Assembly (NCBI RefSeq): GCF_030028105.1
Contig: NC_092371.1
Coordinates: 240,344,501 to 240,408,500, forward strand
DNA length: 64,000 bases
Direction of reading: 5' to 3'
From: Mobula birostris
Taxonomy: Eukaryota
Positions 48,275 to 60,760 of this stretch are shown piece after piece. The notes beneath the pieces were generated by a model, which saw only the letters and a list, made by a program, of their open reading frames with translations, was not told the DNA's origin and did no database searches. The position numbers and the translations under genes were made by a program. Positions within the stretch are counted from its first letter, which is position 1; each line of letters opens with the position of its first letter.

Positions 48275-49145
48275 TATATGCAATCAGGAAAGCTCACCAA
48301 TGACTTTACTTTCTGAGGCTGAAGACAGCTGGACTTTGCACATATATACATATTTATACCATTCTGCAGATACACAGTAGAGGGCATCCTGACGAGCTGC
48401 ATTACTGCTTGGTACAGAGACCAAACTCTGGCAGACAGGAGGGCTCTGCAATGGGTAGTCAGAACTGCCCAGCGCTCCACCGGCACCAGCCTGCCCACCA
48501 TCGAGGACATGTATATTGAAAGGTGTCGGAAAAGAGCCAGTAGCATCATTGAAGGATCCTCCCCACCCGACTTGGGTGTCAATACCTCAGGATCTGTCCT
48601 GGGCCCACATATTGATGCAGCTTCAAACTTCATTAGGAGTTTGAGGAGACTAGGTATGTCACTAAAGACACTCAGAAGTTTCCATGGAGAGCATTCTAAT
48701 TGACCGCCTCACTATCTGGTATGGAGTTGCTTCTTCACAGGTTCGGAAAAAGCTGCAGAAAGAAGAAACATAGAAAACCTAAGGCATAATACAGGCCCTT
48801 CGACGCACAAAGCTGTTTTGCATCCTGTCAATGTCCCATGTTACCTCTGACAGCCCTCCACACTATCCACAACACCTCCATCCTTTGTGTCATCAGCAAA
48901 CTTACTAACTCATCCCTCCATTTCCTTATCCAGGTCGTTTATAAAAAAAAAATCACAAAGAGTAAGGGTCCCAGAACAGATCCCTGAGACACACCGCTGG
49001 TGACTGACCTCCATGCAGAATATGACCCGGTTAGAACCACTTTTTGCCTTCTGTGGGCAAGCCAGTTCTGGATCCACAAAGCAATGTCCCCTTGGATCCC
49101 ATGCCTCCTTACTTTCTCAATAAGCCTTGCATGGGGTACCTTATC
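48275..49145. mobile_element. Rex1/Babar fragments (+) followed by CR1 fragments (-)
   Basis: ILTSCITAWY-like and VVRTAQR-like remnants at 48275-48765; CR1 RT remnant at 48830-49145. Confidence 0.65.
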
Positions 49146-49525
49146 TGTGAGGATACAATAATCAGAGGCTACATGTATTTCTTCAGATTGAATTAAAAGA
49201 ACTTAACTCTACCCAAAATATGTCTGGGCCTCAATTTGCTATTTCTAATCTATAAGTCACATTGGTTAGTGGGCAACTGTGCATGAGATACTGGAAAACA
49301 CAGACTACGTGCCTGTGATGCTGCTGCAAGAAAGTTTTCATTGCACCTGTACAATGGTGTACTTGTGCATTTGGCAATAAACTGGACTTTGGCTTCTACT
49401 TATTAAATACACAATATCAGTATCTTCTGTAATTGGTATGGCCTTTTTCCTTTTATTGCAAAATATCTACTTTTCAACTATTACTCTGTAAATTGACAAA
49501 TTTAAATATTTCTAATTTGTTGCAG

Positions 49526-49573
49526 TTGCTTCTTCACCTTACACGATATATATGGGAAAAGATAAATATGAAA
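49526..49573 (+). CDS. CCDC25: CCDC25 coding exon 2
   Basis: (V)ASSPYTIYMGKDKYE(N), AG/GT bounded. Confidence 0.96.
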
Positions 49574-50737
49574 GTAAGTGGCTACTTTCTTCCCCCTTAA
49601 CGGTTAAAGAGTACTAACTTTATCACACTATCTTAGAGAGTATATTTTTAAGTTGGAGTACAATCAAAGATTGCAGAGTAAAGGAACATTGATTAGAGTG
49701 TAAGAAAATATTACATTACACAGAAGCTGGTAGGTTTTAATGTTTGATGTAGGATTAAGATAAGCCAGTAGCTCAGATTTGTCATAGAGCCATAGAAAAG
49801 TAGATTGTGGTCAAGTTGAATAAGTACTTTAGAGAGGTATCTCATTGGTTAGAACTGTTACGTGTAGAAAGTCTGTCTTGAATTTGAAATTTTCTGTGTT
49901 TATATCTGCTGCCCTTTTTGGGCAGCCCATCTGTGCTTGCCTTCCTTCTTGTTTAGTTTGACATCATTACGCTCCTCGTAGAGTCATAGAACACGACAGC
50001 ACAGAAATAGGCCCTTTGGCCCATCTAGGCTGCCAAACCATTAATCTGCCTAATCCTCCTGTTATGGTACTGTGCTGCTTATGTCAAAACAATGTCTAAG
50101 TGATATATCGAGCATTGACATTCAGTTTCATTTAAGTATTGTGCTGGTGGTTATTTTCTACTGACATTTAGACATAATTTGATACTTGATACAATAATGC
50201 CGATTTTATACATGAAAACTGAAGACCCTTCATACAGACATTTTTTTATTTGCTTATATAAATCATCAGCTGCATTTTGAGAAGCTTTGTGGACTTTTGT
50301 CTCAGATTAAGTGAGGACTAAACATCGTTGTCTATTGACAAGGTGTGTGATGAATTATTTTAGAATTTAGAGATTCACCTGGAGAGGTTGGAGAAACTTG
50401 CGTTGTTTTCTCTGCAGTGTTGGAGGCTGAGAGAAACCTAATAGAAGTTTATAAGATTGTGAGGCAAAAACTACTGGACATCTGTATATGGAAGGAATGT
50501 AGCAATACGAATCATATACATGCAGAAGATCAGTTTAATTTGGGATTGTGTTTGGCACAAGGAGCTTGTTTCTGTGTGCACTTCTGTGTCCAGCAGTGAC
50601 TGGCAACTCTCAAAATATTTATCCATAACATTTAAAGAATATTTAAGAAATTAGATTGAATCAACTAGATGCTCAACAAGTGACTGTTTTAAATATTTCA
50701 TTTCTACAACTTGTGTGATTCTGTTTTTTTAATTTAG

Positions 50738-50777
50738 ATGAGGATCTAATCAAGTATGGATGGCCAGAAGATGTTTG
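50738..50777 (+). CDS. CCDC25: CCDC25 coding exon 3
   Basis: (N)EDLIKYGWPEDV(W), AG/GT bounded. Confidence 0.96.
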
Positions 50778-51156
50778 GTATAGTACAGTGACTTTGGTTT
50801 TGTTGTAGCTTTGCTTATTTCCATTTAGATTTCACATGTTTTAAACATCCCTCCCATTACAATACTTTGCTACTGCTGATTCAATCCTTCGATTTTCATT
50901 TTTTGTCTTTTTTCCTTGCTCTCTTGTTGCACTATTTATTTAATAAGAACTATAAATTAAATATATTATGTATTGCAATATACTGCTACTGCAAAACAAA
51001 CTTCATAACATGCCATTATATAACATGTTATATAAATTATCTAAACCTATTGCAATCATATAAACCTGATGCTGATTTTCATATTTGTGACTCAAATCTG
51101 CAAATGTACTTGTTTTAATTATTACTGTATATCCTGAATTTCTTGTCTCTTTTTAG

Positions 51157-51208
51157 GTTCCATGTAGATAAATTATCTTCAGCTCATGTATATCTTCGAT
51201 TATACAAG
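51157..51208 (+). CDS. CCDC25: CCDC25 coding exon 4
   Basis: (W)FHVDKLSSAHVYLRLYK, the NFACT-R signature. Confidence 0.97.
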
Positions 51209-52484
51209 GTATAGTCAGAACAGAATACTACTTTATAGTAACTTTTAATAGGTTTTAAAATTATTTGGCAGAATATTTTAGGGGTGTTCTGATATTCAGA
51301 TTTGATTGTTCACTTATCACATGATCAGTATCATTGTGGTGTATGAATTTCAGCTTTAGGGTCTGAATTTTATTTTGTTTTATATTTTTAGAAACTAACT
51401 CAGTGTGAAAGATGGACTGCATAGATAGAAAATCAGAAAGTTCAAGTTCAAGTTTCTTTGACATTCAGCCAAACGAAACAGCATTACTCCAGGGTGCACA
51501 AAGCACATTTAAGATAGCAAGCACATATAAAATCAGTAAAATGCAGTCACATAAAAAAACATAGTCCAAGACCCTGAATTAATGAAAGTTGCAGAAATCT
51601 GCAGTTGAACACTATGGCTTGTATTCTGCTGAGTGAGCACTAGGGGGCAGCACCGACGCCATTCTCCTGGACAGCTGTAAACAGGCAACACTGCAGCTTG
51701 AGATTTGGTTTCAGGTCTATAATTACGTGGTTGATTTTGCAACGTGGGGAGGTGGAATTGATTTTAATTCTAGAGTCATAAAGAGATCCAATACAAAAAT
51801 AACCTTCACTCACTGAATCGATGCTAAACATTAAACACTCCTTTTATCAGAATACATATATATGTCACCATATACTACCCGAGCTTCATTTAGTAGCGGA
51901 CATTCAGTAAATACAAAGAAACAATACAATCAGTGTAAAACTGCACAAGCTGGGCAAACAACTAATGTGCAAGACAATAATTTGTGTCAATATAAAAAGA
52001 AAAACAATATAATAGATAAGTAATACATAATATGGATTACATGACTTGTAAAAGTCCGTGAAAGTGAGTCCATAGTTTGTGGAATCAGTTCAGTGATAAG
52101 GTTAGTGAAGTTATCCTCACTGGTTCAGGAGCCTAATGGTTGTGGGGTAGTAACTGTTCCTGAACCTGGTGGGGTGAGTCCTGAGACTCCTGTACCTTCC
52201 TGATGGCAGCTGTGTGTAGAGAACATGACCTCATACACGTTATCTAGTATGATCATAATTGTGGCTGACTTGTCTACTTAAACTCCTTGTGTGCTGATTC
52301 CCTCAAATTCCTGATCTTTCAAAAATATATCTGCCCCCTATTTAAATAATTCCACAGCCTGAGCCTTCACAACCTGGGATAGATAATTTACCAGCCTCTT
52401 CTAATATATCTTAATTGCCCACTCCCACCCCTTATCAGTATGATCGTTAACAATTTTAATATCTGTTGACATTTGCTTTCAAAG

Positions 52485-52565
52485 CAGGGGTTCCCAACCT
52501 TTATTATGCCATCGACTCCCTCCTATTAACTGAGGGGTCTGTGTACCCCAGGTTGGGAGCTCCTG
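52485..52565. mobile_element. 81-bp hAT-type MITE
   Basis: TIRs CAGGGGTTCCCAACCT / AGGTTGGGAGCTCCTG; perfect 8-bp TSD TTTCAAAG. Confidence 0.88.
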
Positions 52566-52940
52566 TTTCAAAGCTTGTAGTCAAACAAACGGCTTCTTAC
52601 TATCCAAGAATGGTTAAAATATATGGAGCAATCTCCAGCTGGAGTTGTTCTGTAGCAAGAAGGGTAGATTTAGAAAGTAAGAACGTAGAATGCCTATTAC
52701 ATAAATTCAGTGTTTCTATAATATATAGATTATGCATTATTAAAAACTTTTTAAAGTAATCATTTTAACTGCTTTGTTCATTCTGGTAAATACTGTATAT
52801 AATGTGTTTGTCTTTGATATTCATCTAAAGGCTCAACCCATCAGAAGATAATTTTATTCAATGCTGACTTAGTAATGTTACAGTAAATATTTTGAGCAAT
52901 GAAAAACAAAATGCTAAAATATTTTATTTTTGTGTCTTAG

Positions 52941-53016
52941 GGTCAAGTAATTGATTCCATTCCAAAGGAAGTACTAATTGATTGTGCTCAGCTAGTTAAA
53001 GCCAATAGCATTCAAG
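52941..53016 (+). CDS. CCDC25: CCDC25 coding exon 5
   Basis: GQVIDSIPKEVLIDCAQLVKANSIQ(G). Confidence 0.97.
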
Positions 53017-53114
53017 GTAATGATTAAATGGGTTGCTTTCTTGACAAAGCAAAAAAATCTTTCACATTTTGGAATGGGTGTCGTAGCATGGACAGGTTTG
53101 TTGGCAGTGTGTGT

Positions 53115-53325
53115 GTGTGCTCGGTGAAGCAGTCTCCCTGTCTCCATCGGGTCTCACCGATATACAGGAGACCACATTGGGAGCACCAGACACAGTAGAC
53201 GACCCTAAGAGACTCACAGGTGAAGTGTTGCCTCACCTGGAAGGATTGTTTGGGACCCTGAATGATAGTGAGGGAGGAGGTGTAAGGACAGGTGTAGCAC
53301 TTGATCCACTTGTAAGAATAAGGCA
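53115..53325 (-). mobile_element. Penelope-like element GIY-YIG endonuclease fragment
   Basis: FTCESLRVVYCVWCSQCGLLYIGETRWRQGDCFTEH. Confidence 0.85.
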
Positions 53326-53548
53326 CACAAGCCTGCAAACCACAATAAGGTTGTGGTTTGCTTGGAGAAATTAATCTGTACGTACAGTAATAGCAGCTGC
53401 AAGGAAGTGAACCTCTTGATCAAAGACTAACTTGTTCTGAATCACTGACCTGATTAAGCTGATCACAGAGATTTCAACATAATACATAAAAAATGAAGCA
53501 TTATTTCTCCATATTTTGCATGTATCAATCATAATTTTGTTTTACTAG

Positions 53549-53652
53549 GATGCAAAATGAATAATATAAATGTTGTGTACACTCCATGGTCCAATCTAAA
53601 GAAGACTGGTGACATGGACGTGGGACAAATAGGATTTCACAAGCAAAAGGAT
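53549..53652 (+). CDS. CCDC25: CCDC25 coding exon 6
   Basis: (G)[34 protein letters not shown]. Confidence 0.97.
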
Positions 53653-53759
53653 GTAAGTATGACACTGAATCGATAGGAACTAATGCAGAAGCCCTGCTTG
53701 ACTGCTTAATTATTTAAATTATTGTTGATTATTTTTAAAAAAGAAGTAAACTGAGTGTC

Positions 53760-54530
53760 AAAGTTTGAAGTAAATTTATTATCACAGTACATATATCACC
53801 ATATACAGCCCAGAGATTCATTTGGGTATACTCAAAATCTATAGAATAGTAACTAACAGAATCAATGAAAGACCACACAACTAGTGCAATCAACCAAAAT
53901 GCAGAAGACAACAAAATGTACAATACAAAAAGAAATGATAATATAAATAAGCACTAAATATCAAACATTAGATGAAACTGTCCTTGAAATTGAGTCCATT
54001 ACATGTGGGACATTTTGGTGATGGGGCAAGTGGAGTGAAGGTATCCCCTCTGTTCAAGAACCTGATGGCTGAGGGGTAGTAACTGTTCCTAAACCTAGTG
54101 CTGTGAGTTCTGAGGCTCTTGTACCTTCTTCCTGATGGCAGCATGGGTGGCGAGAGTCCCTGCTGATGGATGCCACTTTCTTGCGACAGCATTTCGTGTG
54201 GATGTGCTCATGGAGGGGGAGGACTTTACCCGTGTTACACTGGACCGTATCCACTACTTTCTGTAGAAATTTCCATTCGAGAGCATCGGTGTTTCCATAC
54301 CAGGCTATGATGCAGCTAGTCAGTGCTTCACTGCATATCTATCAAAGTTTTAGATGTCATGGGGAATCGCTACAAGCTCCTAAAGAAGTAGAGGTGCTGC
54401 CATGTTTTCTTCATAATTGCACTTACATGCTGGGCCCAGGAAAGGTTCTCCAAAATAATAACATCAAGGAATTTATATTTTCTGATCCTCTCCACCAATT
54501 ATCCTCAAATGGGGACTGGCTTATTGACTA
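53760..54530 (-). mobile_element. Rex1/Babar-type LINE 3' fragment (related piece at ~51850-52230)
   Basis: LPSGRRYKSLRTHSTRFRNSYYPSAIRFLN. Confidence 0.75.
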
Positions 54531-54727
54531 AGTATGATTGCTGTTTTAAAGTGATTTGAGTATATTTAAGATATTAAGTTTTTATGGGTGCTAAGGAATC
54601 ATGGGATATGTTCAGGAAAATGATGTTTAAAAAAATCAATTGAATGGTGGAGTTGAATGTCTTGTTCCTATGTTCAAGTGAGTACTTATTTTTAATCATT
54701 TGTGCAACTCATTTTTATTATATCTAG

Positions 54728-54930
54728 GTGAAGGTAATTGCAGTGGAGAAAAAGATAAATGAAATTTTAAACCGGTTGGAGAAAACCAGAAGTGAACGAT
54801 TTCCAGATTTGGCAGCTGAGAAGGAATCCAGAGATCGTGAAGAGCAGAATGAGAGAAAAGCGCAAATTCAAGAAATGAAACGAAAGGAAAAAGAAGAAAT
54901 AAAGAGAAGAAAAGAAATGGAAGAACTTAG
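54728..54930 (+). CDS. CCDC25: CCDC25 coding exon 7 (coiled coil)
   Basis: [20 protein letters not shown]...PDLAAEKE...EMEEL(R). Confidence 0.97.
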
Positions 54931-55286
54931 GTTTGTATAGGCATAGTGGGCAAGAGCTTGTATTGTCTTTATGTAACTGTATTTGAGAGATTCAGCCATT
55001 ACATTCATCAAATTAGCATTGGTTTGGGATAACTTATTGGCTGAGGCAGTGAAATTACCTGGGAAATAGTGGGTCTAGTATTGTAGCTAGGAAATGATTG
55101 GTGGAAGATTTAAACCAATATAAAGAAAAGAAAACAAGGTGGGGAAAAGAGAAGTTATACAGAAAGAATGATGCAGAATTTTTTAATATTGTAAACTTTA
55201 AAGTGCCATTATTATGAGGTGTGTATGGGAATGCAGCCATCATTCAGTAAAATTGAAAATGTATTGGAAACTGTAATATGGCAGAT

Positions 55287-55599
55287 TATTAAGGCATCCG
55301 TTAGTCTTGCGAGACCATGGATCTGTACTTGGAAAGTCTTCACTCTCCAGGGCGCAGGCCTGGGCAAGGGTGTATGGAAGACCGGCAGTTGCCCATGCTG
55401 CAAGTCTCCCCTCTCCACGACACCGATGTTGTCCAAGGGAAGGGCAAGGGCTGATACAGCTTGGCACTGGTGTCATTGCAGAGCACTGTGTAGTTAAGTG
55501 CCTTGCTCCAGGACAAAACGCGGTGCCTCGGCTGGGGCTTGAACTCACGACCTTCGGGTCGCTAGTCGAATGCCTTAACCACTTGGCCACGTGCCCACA
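55287..55599 (-). mobile_element. Well-preserved tRNA-derived SINE
   Basis: Minus strand: A-box TGGCCAAGTGG, B-box GAGTTCAAGCC, central GAGCAAGGCACTTAAC, 3' ...AACGGATGCCTTAATAAT tail. Confidence 0.8.
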
Positions 55600-55644
55600 C
55601 AATATGGCAGATACAACAATAGAAAAGTGGCTACATTTTGAATA

Positions 55645-56205
55645 AACAACACAAAATGCTAGAGGACTTCAGAAGGCCAGGTAGCATCTATGGAAATCAA
55701 TAAACAATCAATGTTTCAGGTCAAGACCCTTCATCAGGACTGGAAAGGAAGGAGAGAAGTCAGGGTAAGAAAGTGGGGAGGGGAGGAAAAAAGTACAATG
55801 AAACTGAGAAGGGGGGAGGGTGAAGTAAAGAGCTAGGAAGTAGATTTATGAAAGAGATAAAGGGCTGAAGGAGGGAGAATCTGATAGGAGAGGGTAAAGA
55901 CCAAGGAAGAAAGGGAGGAGCACCAGAGGGAGATAAAGGGTAGGTAAGGAGATGAGGTGAGAAAGGGAAATGGAGAATGGAATGGTGAAGTGGGGAGTGA
56001 GTAATTACTGGAAGTTCGAGAAATCAAGTGGTCATAACATCAGGTTGGAGGCTACCCAGATGAAATGTAAGGTGTTGCCCCTCCAACCTGAATGTGGCCT
56101 CATCGTGGCAGTAGAGGAAGCCATCTACTGAGAGGTCGGAATGGGAAATAGAATTGAAATGGGTGGCTGCTTGGGAGATCCTGCTTTCTCTTGCGAACAG
56201 AGTGT
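55645..56205 (-). mobile_element. Penelope-like 3' end with hammerhead-like motif at 55705-55742
   Basis: RLEGQHLTFHLGSLQPDVM (PLE C-terminus) followed by CAGTC-CTGATGA-AGGGTCTTGACCT-GAAA. Confidence 0.75.
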
Positions 56206-56634
56206 AGGTTCTCGTGTTTGACATTTTGAACAAGTTTGTATCTTTTTCAAGAAAGAATCAAAATGGACATGATTGTTTAGAGCTAGAATAGTGCTGAAAC
56301 TAGAATCTGCATGAATAATGTTAAGAAGCGCAAGAAAATAATTCAGAATTATGGATATATTGCAGACCATCCAAATAGCTGTGATAGGATTTTTAAAGAG
56401 TAGATCAATAATTAGTTTGAACTAACTGGAAATGAAAGTATTAGTGTATCATCACAATTAAGATCACATGGGGAAAATAACACTTTATTTCTATTGGATT
56501 CAATAAATACAGAACAATATATTAAAGTTATAAAACAAGGATATTTGACAGGAGAATTATAAGTAAATTTTGTGATGCTTGATTTCTTCCTAACTTAAAA
56601 CAGAAAAAATAATATGTTTGTATTAACTCCTTAG

Positions 56635-56680
56635 GTGCTATTCTAGTCTTATGAAATCTGAAAACATGAGTAGCAATCAG
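56635..56680 (+). CDS. CCDC25: CCDC25 coding exon 8
   Basis: (R)CYSSLMKSENMSSNQ. Confidence 0.96.
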
Positions 56681-57225
56681 GTAAGTAAAAGTAATTAGAT
56701 GTTAAAGGTTACGGTGTCAAATGACAGCCCAAAAATAATTTTATTTAGTCAAATTGAATGAATTTCCTATAAAAATTCATTTATAAAGTTGTTCGCTAAG
56801 CTGGATCCTGAGAAGCCCCTGCAGTAAAAGATGTTTTCTGTTGTCCCTAGTCAGAGATACCCAAAAGTATTGAAAATGTTGAAGTAATTTTAAAATATTA
56901 AATTTGTAAAACATCTTTATTCTAAAACTTATTCAAAACTTTAAAGATAAGTAAAATGGCAGAAATACCTACACAAGTTAATGAGATTTCAGTATATTTA
57001 AAATTGAAGGGCCAGATTCGAAATGCATCGGTCCTAGTTCACTACATCTCTGTTGAACCACTGGACCTGATGCTGAGTCCAGTGGTGGAAATGGAAGCTC
57101 AGATGCAGATCAAACTCCTCCCTGATTTCTGCATTGCTGTGCACTGGAATGAAAGTTGGGAATGAGGTGACTCACACATTACCACCAGTCAGCTATTCCA
57201 CAGAGAACTAATTGTTGGAATGATT

Positions 57226-57640
57226 TGAAACATAGAAATCTACAGCATAATATAGGCCCTTTGGCCCACAATGTTGTGCCGACCATGTAACCTACTCTAG
57301 AAACTACCTAGAATTTCTCTTACCGCATAGCCCTCTATTTCTCTACTTGTCTAAGAGTCTCTTAAAAGACCCTATTGTATCCGTCTCTACCACCATTGCT
57401 GACAGTGCATTCTGCACACCCACTGTTCTCTGTATAAAAAACTTACTTCTGACATCTCCCTTGTACCCACTTCCATGCACCTTAAAACTATACCCCCTTG
57501 AGTTAGCCATTTCAGCCCTGGGGAAAAGCCTCTGGCTATCCACATGATCAATGTCTCTCATCATCGTAAACAGCTCTATCAGCCCCCTTTCATTCTCTGC
57601 CGCTCCAAGGAGAAAAGGCAAAGTTCACTCAATCTATTTG
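57226..57640 (-). mobile_element. CR1 3' end fragment
   Basis: ORF 57343-57621 DSQRLFPRAE...FKRLLDK plus tail. Confidence 0.8.
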
Positions 57641-57852
57641 GTCCAGTATTTTTTTCATGACCTCAGAAAATCAGATTTGCAGCAGATAAAATAGCCTTTT
57701 TTTAAATAGTATGTGGCAGCCTGTGTGTATTTTTTTTAAAGCAAGTGAACGCTCTGTAGCGTCCCTAATAACGTGTATTTGGAGTACGGCCCTACAAACA
57801 GCAATGCAAATAATCAGAAAATCATATGAGTCAGAGATAAGTGTTATTGAGG

Positions 57853-58225
57853 CTGGCAGGGTGGAGATACATCTCTACCAAAGGAGATGTAAGGCACTTC
57901 TTCCCTCTGCTAGACTGCAGGTCACCCTTGGGCAAGGAATAGCACCTGCTTAGTCCCCCCCCCCCCCCCCACTCCCGATCAGGGTCACATGAAGCCATGG
58001 GTGTAGGTGGATGGTCGTATCAGCAGCTGGTGTATATCACAAGTCCTGGTTATGTGACCACTGACACCAGGGAGACAATCTCTGAAGAGTATTGACAATG
58101 TCTGGTGTCACCCATCGGGTAAAGACACTGCCCAGAAGGCAATGGCAAACCACTTCTGTAGAAAAGTTTGCCAAGAGCAATCATGGTCATAGATCACGCA
58201 TGTCGTAGGACATGGCACTTCATGA
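57853..58225 (+). mobile_element. SINE-like repeat with RTE-type tail
   Basis: Second copy of 10280-10612; GAAGGCAATGGCAAACCAC. Confidence 0.6.
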
Positions 58226-58644
58226 ACGAGTGGCGTGTTGTTAGGGTTGCAATGGGGAGTTCAATTTTTTTTAAATTACCTAATGGGATCTTTTGGGTCC
58301 ATTTAAAGGTCAGACTGACTTTGCAGTCTCACCTGAAAATACCTCCACTCAAATGCAGTCAGTCTTGAAAAAAACAGCCTAGAGTTTGCACAAGAATCTC
58401 TTGAGTAGAATGATTTGGAAAGAATCATGAAGATGCTTAAAATTTTATAGGTAGTGAGATGTGATTGCAGTCTTTGACGATTAAAAATTGTTTAGGATTT
58501 CTCCTTTTGTTATTAAGTCGTTTTGCCTTTCCCATTGCCATTCCTGAATTATTTAATGAGCATTTGTCCTTTTAACTATTAATGCTGAAATGGTGCTGCA
58601 ATTACAAATTCCAGATACATATGTAGGTTTCAGCATTTCTCTGT

Positions 58645-59070
58645 ATATAAGGTATAGGAGCAAAATTAAGCCATTTGCCCATCGAGTCTGCGCTGCCATT
58701 TATTTCATCATGGTGTCATGGCTGATCCATTTACCCTCTTGGCCCCAATCTCCTGCCTTCTTCCCATATCCCTTCATGGCCTGACTAATCACAAATCTAT
58801 CAACCTCTCCCTTAAACATACTCAATGACTTGGCAAAGAAATCCCCAGGTTCACCACTTTCTGACTGGAGAAATTCCTCCTCATCTCTGTTCTAAAAGCC
58901 TCTATTCTGAGGCTTTGTCCTCTGGTCTTGGATCCCCCACTATCATTCCAGTGAATAGATGCCCAGGGCCATCAAACGCTCCTAATATGACAAGCCTTTC
59001 AATCCCAGAATCATTTTCATGAATCTCTTTTCAGCCCTCTCCAATGTCAGCATACCCTTTCCTAGATAAG
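58645..59070 (-). mobile_element. CR1 3' end fragment
   Basis: Similar to 29055-29400. Confidence 0.7.
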
Positions 59071-59286
59071 AGTAAGTGTCATTACATCCTATTATTCAAA
59101 TAATGGGCTTAAAATCCACTTGCCACCAACATGATCCAGATTTTGATGCCAGGAACCGGTTGTATTTCCTTGTCATCTTCTTCTCCAAGTATTTCTTCCT
59201 CCCATTTCTCCCACATGAGCTTGTGAAACTGGCATTGAAAATAACCTCAGTAAACAAAATAATTTCTGATTTTCCTTTTTCTGTAG

Positions 59287-59319
59287 GATTGTGGTTATGA
59301 CTCTGACGATTTCATGTAA
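59287..59319 (+). CDS. CCDC25: CCDC25 last coding exon
   Basis: ctgtag|DCGYDSDDFM*. The spliced CDS totals 627 nt = 208 aa. Confidence 0.95.
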   Translation, partial: DCGYDSDDFM

Positions 59320-60171
59320 AGTCTGCTCAAAGCTATCACATAGACATTTTAAATTGGAAGATTTTTGGCCTGCCGCAAAACCCCTTTTGCTTTTGACAGT
59401 TTCCTGAGGGGACCAGTACCTTTTTGAGTTTGAAGATGTTTATTTTTTCCTTTGATCTACTAAGTGGAAAATTAAACTTGTAAGTGCTTTTTCCGTTTGA
59501 AAAAAAATTCATTTGTGAATTCATAGTTTTGACATGCTTGGTGTGGATGCTCATTTAAAAGAACGGCTTATTGCCAGAAATACTTCAGCTGGAGTTTTTC
59601 TTTAAACTGCCTAGTAAATGAACTATTAAAATAATTAAATCTCATGCAAGAGAAGTTTGATTCTTATTTTGAGCAATGTTCACAACAGTGGTCACAAATT
59701 ATGTTGCACCTAATGAGAAGTTAAAGCAGTGTGGAAATATTTTACTTGAAATCACTTGCTCTTCAACTTAATTATGCTTAATCAAATCAATATTACAATA
59801 ATTTATTGAAATGACATTGCATTTATGTAAAAATGGATTAAAATTATACAATTTGGAAACTGAAAAAAGAATGAGTCTTGCAGCTAAAATGTTAGTCTGT
59901 TTTGACTAATCAATGCTGGTTGACCTGATATCTTTTAAGTATTTTCTTTAAATATATGGTAGGTTATTGAGAATTGAAAATTCTCTAGACTGCCACATGT
60001 TATGGAACCAGTACAGGTGATGCATGGTCTCTTCCTCTTTGAAGTAGAAGATTTTTGTTGCAAGGCTACACCAGATCTTCTTTGTATGGTATAACCTTTG
60101 TTACATCTTATTGTAATGTTTGTTCTGTTCAGCCCAACCCAGGGCGAAAGGTGACAAGAATGAACTCTGAA

Positions 60172-60177
60172 AATAAA
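60172..60177 (+). terminator. Candidate CCDC25 polyadenylation signal
   Basis: AATAAA ~850 nt after the stop, followed by T-rich sequence. Confidence 0.5.
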
Positions 60178-60299
60178 AGTATTTTGTAATTAATTGTTAT
60201 CTAATTATTGTCTTTCTTCCATAACATATTCTCAAATGTTGACAAAATTCCAACTGTGTCTAACGGTCATGTTAATTCATAGTTAGTAGTTACTACCCT

Positions 60300-60760
60300 T
60301 TACACTGGTGTCCTCCATCTCTGTCCTTGGCCATTTTCTCTGTTGTGCCTCAGGTGTAGTTCAGAGTCCTCAGTTTTGCCTCTAAGGTACGTTGCCAAGT
60401 TGTCTTTGGTCTTTCGCGTGTCCTCCACCCTTTGGGGGTCCGATGAAATTCTGTCTTGATGATGGAGTTGGTCTCTCTTCTTATCTTGTGCCCAGTCCAT
60501 CTCTATCCTGATGATGATTGTGGCTATGTTCCCTTGAAGGAGTAGGGTGCATTGGAGATCTTTCCTGGCCGGAAAATACAGTGGATCTTCCGGATGCACA
60601 CGGTGTGGAATGACAACAGCTTGGCGAGGGGATTCTCTGTCATCCACCAGCATTCTGACCCATACAAGAGTGTGGACAGAGCGCAGCTGTAGTGTGGACA
60701 CCACTTGGTTGACCCTCACATGTTGCTCATTGATCTGAAGACATTTCTAGCTTCGCTGAG
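60300..60760 (-). mobile_element. Degenerate RTE-clade LINE C-terminal fragment
   Basis: By-eye minus translation resembles FH..CIRKI...W..KISN...W.G and G.R..GRP..TW of RTE ORF2. Confidence 0.55.

Noticed and set aside
53111-53423. Nested gene in a CCDC25 intron
   Set aside because: Short Penelope GIY-YIG fragment without RT or splice support.
55525-55599. tRNA gene on the minus strand
   Set aside because: A and B boxes are present, but the sequence continues into a SINE body and tail with no clean acceptor stem.
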